Origin: Spirochaetia bacterium
Lineage (GTDB): Bacteria > Spirochaetota > Spirochaetia > CADAEX01
Reading direction: 5' to 3'
Length of the DNA: 64,000 bases
Assembly (NCBI GenBank): GCA_963662265.2
Contig: CAXXHA010000032.1
Span: 32,001-96,000 of the forward strand
The translations under genes were made by a program, and so were the position numbers. A model generated the notes under the pieces. It ran no database searches. It saw only the letters and a program-made list of their open reading frames with translations, and was not told where the DNA came from. This document shows positions 58,375 to 64,000 of this stretch, piece after piece; position 1 is the stretch's first letter, and every line of letters starts with the position of its first letter.

Positions 58375-60222
58375 ATGGCAAAAGATAAAAAGCCTCTTGG
58401 AATGCTTGAAGTTTTCTGCATAGCATCAGGAGCAATGATAAGTTCAGGACTTTTTGTCCTGCCGGCGGTTGTATACGGCATTGCAGGCCCCGGAATTGTT
58501 GTTTCATACATAATCGCGGGAATACTGGTAATACCTGCAATGTTTTCAAAGGCAGAGCTTGGAACAGCAATGCCGAAGGCAGGCGGCACATACTTTTTTG
58601 TCGGAAGAAGCCTTGGCCCTCTCATGGGGAGCTTTGCAGGACTTGCAAACTGGTTTTCAATAAGTCTGAAAGGTGCATTTGCGCTTATAGGAATGGGAGC
58701 ATTTCTGAAGCTGATTGTACCTGATGTGACTATAATACATATAAAACTTGCAGCAGTCGCTTTTGTTGTATTGTTTACCCTCATCAATATAATCAGTACC
58801 AAACACTCGGGACATGCCCAGGATTTCATGGTTTTCGCGCTCATAGCTATTCTGATATTTTATATTGCATACGGGTCTGTCAGAGTTGACTACACCAACT
58901 TTGTACCTTTTATTCCTAACGGCAAACTCAGCATCCTGGCAACTGCCGGAATGGTATTTATTTCGTACGGCGGTTTGACAAAGGTGGCATCCCTGGCAGC
59001 GGAAATAAATAATCCCGGGAAAACACTGCCTGCAGGAATGTTTCTGAGTTTTGTTGTGGTTAATATACTTTATATACTGTCTATCATTGTGACTGTGGGA
59101 ATCTTAACCAGCAGCACTCTTTCAGGGACCTATACACCCCTCTCAACAGCAGCTGAGACATTTTCCGGAAAAACAGGCCTGATACTGCTTTCAATAGGGG
59201 CGATTTTTTCGTTTGCGACAACAGCCAATGCTTCAATTTTATCAGCATCCAGAATCCCGCTGGCCATGGCAGAAGACAAACTCCTGCCCGAAGGAATTGC
59301 AGTAAAAACAAAAAAACATAAAATACCATGGCTTTCAATATTACTGACAAGTATCTTCATGATAATTGTTATTACTGCTCTTGATTTGAAATCACTTGTA
59401 AAAACCGCATCAACAATGATGCTTATACTTTTCACTCTTGTAAATTTTTCAGTTATCCTGATGAGGGAAAGCAAGATAGTATCCTACAGGCCTAAATATA
59501 AATCACCTTTTTATCCCTATTTACAGATAGCCGGAATCATCGCCTACCTGGTGCTTATTGCCGGAATGGGTGAAATGCCCCTTCTTATTACAGGCGTTTT
59601 TTTCCTGCTTACATCTCTATGGTTTGCTTTCTTTACAAGAGATACAGGACTCAGGGATTCAGCACTTATACGTATTGTCGAAAGGGTAATTTCAAAAGAT
59701 TTCACAGGCCCCAGACTTCACGAGGAACTGACAGAGATCCTGTTTGACAGGGATGATATACATGAAGACAGGTTTGACAAGCTGATAAGAGAAGCTGTCG
59801 TAATAGATATTAAAGAGGAAATTACAGTTGAGGAACTTTTCAAGAAAATAGCAGCTGCTTTTGCAATCAAAGTAAAAACACCGTATGATGTGCTTCTTCA
59901 GAAGCTTTGGAAAAGAGAAGAATCATCAACTACAGCACTGGATCCGAGACTTGCCATTCCACATATAGTACTTGAAGAGGATGACAACTTTTATATTGTA
60001 GTCGCAAGAATTCATAAGGGAGTCTGGTTTTCTGATGAAACACCTTCCATAAAAACAGTGTTTTCACTGGCAGGGGGAAAGAATGAAAGAAATTTCCACC
60101 TGAAAGCCCTGATGGCTATTGCCCAGATAGTACAGAGTGAAAATTTTGAAAAGAGATGGCAGGCCGCCCTAAACGAAGAGGAACTCAGGCATATAATTCT
60201 CTTAAGCGAAAGAAAACGTTAA
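58375..60222 (+). CDS. APC-family amino acid permease fused to a C-terminal PTS EIIA-like domain
   Basis: GAMISSGLFVLP, AELGTAMPKAGGTY, ASRIPLAMA; C-terminal REESSTT...LAIPH; ATG 58375 after AGGAG. Confidence 0.85.
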   Translation: MAKDKKPLGMLEVFCIASGAMISSGLFVLPAVVYGIAGPGIVVSYIIAGILVIPAMFSKAELGTAMPKAGGTYFFVGRSLGPLMGSFAGLANWFSISLKGAFALIGMGAFLKLIVPDVTIIHIKLAAVAFVVLFTLINIISTKHSGHAQDFMVFALIAILIFYIAYGSVRVDYTNFVPFIPNGKLSILATAGMVFISYGGLTKVASLAAEINNPGKTLPAGMFLSFVVVNILYILSIIVTVGILTSSTLSGTYTPLSTAAETFSGKTGLILLSIGAIFSFATTANASILSASRIPLAMAEDKLLPEGIAVKTKKHKIPWLSILLTSIFMIIVITALDLKSLVKTASTMMLILFTLVNFSVILMRESKIVSYRPKYKSPFYPYLQIAGIIAYLVLIAGMGEMPLLITGVFFLLTSLWFAFFTRDTGLRDSALIRIVERVISKDFTGPRLHEELTEILFDRDDIHEDRFDKLIREAVVIDIKEEITVEELFKKIAAAFAIKVKTPYDVLLQKLWKREESSTTALDPRLAIPHIVLEEDDNFYIVVARIHKGVWFSDETPSIKTVFSLAGGKNERNFHLKALMAIAQIVQSENFEKRWQAALNEEELRHIILLSERKR

Positions 60223-60234
60223 AATCTGTATTCA

Positions 60235-60260
60235 GGGGATTGAGTAGTCAATCCCCTTTT
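60235..60260 (+). terminator. Intrinsic terminator after APC permease
   Basis: GGGGATTGA / TCAATCCCC stem plus TTTT. Confidence 0.75.
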
Positions 60261-60582
60261 GCGGCAGCAAGCAGTCTGGCACTGTCACAACGAAGAGCAT
60301 TTTCATACTGCAAAGAAACTCATTACCAGGCAATTCCCTGCAGAACAGGATTACAAGACATCTTCAAGGATCTTCCCCTGGAAAATTATGAAATATAACA
60401 AGTCTTTCAAATAAAAAAAGAGGATATTTCGTTTTTTATGTATAAAGTATCACTTAAGGGACTTAATTTATATTTAACTCTGCTGTATAATATAACTGAT
60501 CATAACCTGCTGAAAATGGTTAAATATATACTAATCAGTATAGTTCAACATTAAAATACTAACGGAAAGGAGAAACAAAGCT

Positions 60583-61674
60583 GTGAAAAAAATAATTGCA
60601 GTACTTGAAGGAGACGGAATAGGACCGGAAATTATGGCAGAAGGGATAAAAGTTCTCAAAGCTGTTGAAAAAAAATTCGGACATGAGTTTGAACTGATTT
60701 ATACACCTTTCGGTGCATCAGCCTATTTTACAGATGGATCACCATTCCCTGACAGCACAAAAAAAGTCTGCGATGAGGCAGATGCTATTATCAAGGGACC
60801 AGTAGGTCTTTCCGTTGAGAAAATGAATACCATACCTCAGAAAATGAGACCCGAGGCAGGGGCAATTCTGCCTTTAAGAAAAAGATATGATACATTTGCA
60901 AACTACAGACCTGTAAGACTTCCAGAAGCTCTAGCAGACTTTTCACCCCTGAAAAAAGAAATAATTGCAGGCGGTGTTGACATACTGATGATAAGGGAGC
61001 TTGTAGGAGGAATCTATTTCGGAGCTAAGTCTGAGGGTGAAGAAAACAACATGGAATTTTCCAGCGATGACTGCAGATATTCACGGGACCAGATTGAAAG
61101 AATTGCACGGGTTGCCTTTGAAGAAGCCAGAAAAAGAAAAGCAGTAATGACAAATATCCACAAATCAAATGTTCTTGCAACATCCCGTTTCTGGAATGCA
61201 GTTGTGGAAGAGGTACGAAAGGATTACCAGGATATTGAATACAAGTCAGTTCTTGTTGACAATGCCGCATACCAGCTGATGATAAATCCCTGCCAGTTCA
61301 ACGGTGTAATGCTTCTTGAAAACATGATGGGCGACATACTCACAGACCAGGCAGGAGGTGTACTCGGCTCAATGGGACTCATGCCTTCTGCATGTATCGG
61401 GGATGAAAAAGGATATGTCGAGGCTGCTCACGGATCAGCACCTGATATTGCAGGTAAAAACATAGCAAACCCGTACTCAATGATTGGAAGTGTTGCATTC
61501 ATGTTTGACATGATTTTCGACCTGCAGGAGGAGGCAGCCCTTATATGGAATGCACTCTTTAAAATCTTTGATGACGGTTTTACAACATATGAACTTGCAA
61601 AAGGCAAAACAGGACCGGATGTACTATCAACAACAGAGTTCGGCGACAAGGTTGTAGAATATATCAACAGCTGA
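60583..61674 (+). CDS. leuB: 3-isopropylmalate dehydrogenase
   Basis: GDGIGPEI, RELVGGIYFG, KSNVL, VDNAA, NMMGDILTD, HGSAPDIAG; GTG start with AAGGAG RBS. Confidence 0.9.
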   Translation: MKKIIAVLEGDGIGPEIMAEGIKVLKAVEKKFGHEFELIYTPFGASAYFTDGSPFPDSTKKVCDEADAIIKGPVGLSVEKMNTIPQKMRPEAGAILPLRKRYDTFANYRPVRLPEALADFSPLKKEIIAGGVDILMIRELVGGIYFGAKSEGEENNMEFSSDDCRYSRDQIERIARVAFEEARKRKAVMTNIHKSNVLATSRFWNAVVEEVRKDYQDIEYKSVLVDNAAYQLMINPCQFNGVMLLENMMGDILTDQAGGVLGSMGLMPSACIGDEKGYVEAAHGSAPDIAGKNIANPYSMIGSVAFMFDMIFDLQEEAALIWNALFKIFDDGFTTYELAKGKTGPDVLSTTEFGDKVVEYINS

Positions 61675-61731
61675 TTATTTCCACCAGTAAATAAAACAGT
61701 AGTTGTTCCTGTAATAACTATAAGCCATATT

Positions 61732-61764
61732 AAAGCAGCTCAAAGGTTTGAGCTGCTTTCTTTT
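61732..61764 (+). terminator. Intrinsic terminator after leuB
   Basis: AAAGCAGCTCAAA / TTTGAGCTGCTTT stem plus T-tract. Confidence 0.85.
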
Positions 61765-61973
61765 ATTAGGGTCATCTAAACCTGACCTTTACAGCAGAGA
61801 CAGATAAATAAGCATATATCACTCTTAAAATTACATCTCAATCTTATTCATGAGGTTAATTGAAATCAGATTCACCTTTTATCCATAAAACGGAATGGAG
61901 AATAAAATTAATTACTGTATTTAAATAATAAACAAGGTATATATAATTTTTTTACCGCCTGCCTAAAACAGCA

Positions 61974-63773
61974 TCACCCGAATACATGCAAATCCCTTTC
62001 CCTGTCTTTTCTGAACTGTCTTGTATATAAATTATAATAATGACCTTTCAGATCAAGCAGTTCACTGTGACTGCCTGATTCAATTATTTCCCCGTTATCA
62101 ATATACAGAATCCTGTCAGCATCCCTGATAGTTGAAAGCCTGTGAGCAATAATAAATGCAGTTGCATTTTCAAGAAGATTCTCCATCCCCTTGTGTATAA
62201 GCTCTTCCGAAAGAGTATCTATCGAACTTGTAGCCTCGTCCATGATAATCAGTTCCGGTTCTGCAAGTATTGCCCTTGCAAGGGAAATAAGCTGTTTCTG
62301 CCCGGTAGAAAGAAGAGTCCCCTCTTCACCCACATCTTCTGAATACCCTTTTTCAAGCTTCACGATAAAATCATGTGCATGTGCTTTTTTTGAAGCTTCA
62401 ACAACTTCACTGTCTTCAGCATCAAGCCTGCCGTAACGGATATTATCCATTATTGAACCGGAGAAAAGATGAGGAGTCTGAAGAACAACCCCAAGCTTCG
62501 ACTGGAGCGACTGCTGTGTATATTCCCTATAATCATGTTTCCCTATTTTTATTGCCCCCTTGACAGGTTCATAAAAACGGCAGAGCAGATTCACAATTGT
62601 TGACTTCCCCCCTCCTGTTGGACCTACAAGGGCGATTTTCTCCCCCTGCCTTACATGAAGAGACAGGTTATCAATTACTGTCTTGTCACTCTCGTACTGA
62701 AAATATACATTCTCAAAATCAATGTCTTTTTTTACTGAGTCTGCTGATAAAGCATCTTCTGAATCTTTTATATCAGGCTCCCTGTCAAGAAGGGAAAACA
62801 CCCTCTCAGCGCTTGCAACCGACTTCTGCATCTCGGCATAGACCCTTGCAATATCCTGCACAGGCCAGAGCATGAAAGTTATATAGCTTATAAATGCCTG
62901 TATTCCCCCTACAGTTATGAGTCCGGTTTTAAACTGGAAACCGCCGAACCAGAGAACAGCACCTACTGCAGCTGATGAAATAAGCTGGACAACAGGGAGA
63001 AATACAGAGGAGAGAATGACAGCCCTGTATGATGCCGAGTACATGTCATCTGTGAGTCCGCTGAAGGACTCAAGGTTTTTCTCCTCCCTCACAAGAGCTT
63101 TTATGACTTTCACACCGGTAATGTTTTCATTATACGCGCCTGTGATCTTTGAATTGATCGATCTCACCTTCCTGAATTCCGCAATAATCAGTTTCTGAAA
63201 TTTCAGGGCAGATGTGATAATAAGAGGAATAAATACAAGTACTGTTAGGGCCAGTTTCCAGTTAATTGCCAGCATGAAGATAAGTGCTGATGTTATATTG
63301 GTAACTGCCCACACAACATCAAGAAGGTTCCATGTTACAAGGTCTGAAATCCTCCCGATATCGGAAGTCATTCTCGATATTATCCATCCGACAGGGGTCC
63401 TGTCAAAAAAAGAGAAAGAAAGCTCCTGTATATGTGAAAACAGTTTTTTCCTTAGATCATACTGAATAATCTCACCAAGCCTTCCAGCCCCGTATATGAA
63501 ACCGAAGACAGACAGGGCAAGAACAATGTGAAGAACACCGTAGAAAAAAAGATACCTGAAAAGAAGCACCCTGTCGCCGGGGATAACTGCGTTATCAAGC
63601 GCCTGCTTTACAATATATGTATTCAGTGCTTCAAGAAACGCTGTTGCCATTATACAGATGACAAATCCGATAAGAAGAAAAATATGAGGCTTTGCCAGTG
63701 AAAGTATTCTCAGCGCAGTCTTTCCTGTGAGTTTATCTGAAAAATCCTCTTCATGAAAATGTTTCTCAGCCAT
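61974..63773 (-). CDS. ABC exporter, fused TMD-NBD (MdlB-like), second subunit of a heterodimer
   Basis: TM domain, GPTGGGKST, LSTGQKQ signature, IMDEATS, IAHRLS; ATG overlaps the upstream TGA. Confidence 0.9.
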   Translation of the reverse strand: MAEKHFHEEDFSDKLTGKTALRILSLAKPHIFLLIGFVICIMATAFLEALNTYIVKQALDNAVIPGDRVLLFRYLFFYGVLHIVLALSVFGFIYGAGRLGEIIQYDLRKKLFSHIQELSFSFFDRTPVGWIISRMTSDIGRISDLVTWNLLDVVWAVTNITSALIFMLAINWKLALTVLVFIPLIITSALKFQKLIIAEFRKVRSINSKITGAYNENITGVKVIKALVREEKNLESFSGLTDDMYSASYRAVILSSVFLPVVQLISSAAVGAVLWFGGFQFKTGLITVGGIQAFISYITFMLWPVQDIARVYAEMQKSVASAERVFSLLDREPDIKDSEDALSADSVKKDIDFENVYFQYESDKTVIDNLSLHVRQGEKIALVGPTGGGKSTIVNLLCRFYEPVKGAIKIGKHDYREYTQQSLQSKLGVVLQTPHLFSGSIMDNIRYGRLDAEDSEVVEASKKAHAHDFIVKLEKGYSEDVGEEGTLLSTGQKQLISLARAILAEPELIIMDEATSSIDTLSEELIHKGMENLLENATAFIIAHRLSTIRDADRILYIDNGEIIESGSHSELLDLKGHYYNLYTRQFRKDRERDLHVFG

Positions 63774-64000
63774 GAGTAAGTTCCTCTTCAAGTTCCTTTT
63801 CTATCCTGCTCTGCAGTTCAAAGACTTTTTTATAAAATCCCTCTTCACCTATCAGCTTCCGGTGGTTTCCTTCCTGTATAATTTCCCCCTCTCTGAATAC
63901 AATAATCCTGTCGGCATTTACCAGGCTCTGGAGGCGGTGGGCGATAATAAAAGTTGTCCTCCCCTTCATCAGTTCAGAAAGGGCCTCTCTTATTTCATCT
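63766..64000 (-). CDS. C-terminal fragment of ABC exporter first subunit (runs off window)
   Basis: TTFIIAHRL...ADRIIV...G.H..L H-loop region. Confidence 0.85.
   Translation of the reverse strand, partial: DEIREALSELMKGRTTFIIAHRLQSLVNADRIIVFREGEIIQEGNHRKLIGEEGFYKKVFELQSRIEKELEEELTHG

Noticed and set aside
61974-63773. Degenerate ABC signature (LSTGQ) as pseudogenisation
   Set aside because: Non-canonical signatures are normal in one subunit of heterodimeric ABC exporters

Overview
AT-rich bacterial chromosomal window, most likely from a free-living anaerobic spirochaete. This is inferred from the 16S sequence, the Ala/Ile split of spacer tRNAs, the short ThrRS and the spirochaetal-type lipoproteins. 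It holds mostly housekeeping and metabolic genes: serB, a TAXI-TRAP pair, ettA, an M16 peptidase, tex, epmA, pfk, PFOR, a Cache kinase plus HD-GYP regulator, a divergent transaldolase-family protein, pgsA, an M32 carboxypeptidase, thrS, a long GAPDH, GntR/TauE, an APC-EIIA fusion, leuB and ABC exporters. Two tandem minus-strand rRNA operons (16S-tRNA-Ala-23S-5S and 16S-tRNA-Ile-23S-5S) enclose a DctPQM operon. No CRISPR array, intact transposase, integrase or prophage is seen. The features most worth following up are: (i) a complete Thr-specific T-box riboswitch upstream of thrS, followed by a further ~420-nt leader containing an unrecognised multi-hairpin element; (ii) a perfect 14 x 13-bp non-coding tandem array abutting one 5S gene; (iii) a glucosylglycerate phosphorylase/glycerate kinase locus (kinase frameshifted) with a divergent orphan glycosyltransferase; (iv) a transaldolase-fold enzyme with neither the TAL nor the FSA catalytic signature; (v) several apparently leaderless genes; (vi) a degenerate duplicate of the ettA 3' end. 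All calls come from reading the sequence; no database searches were run.
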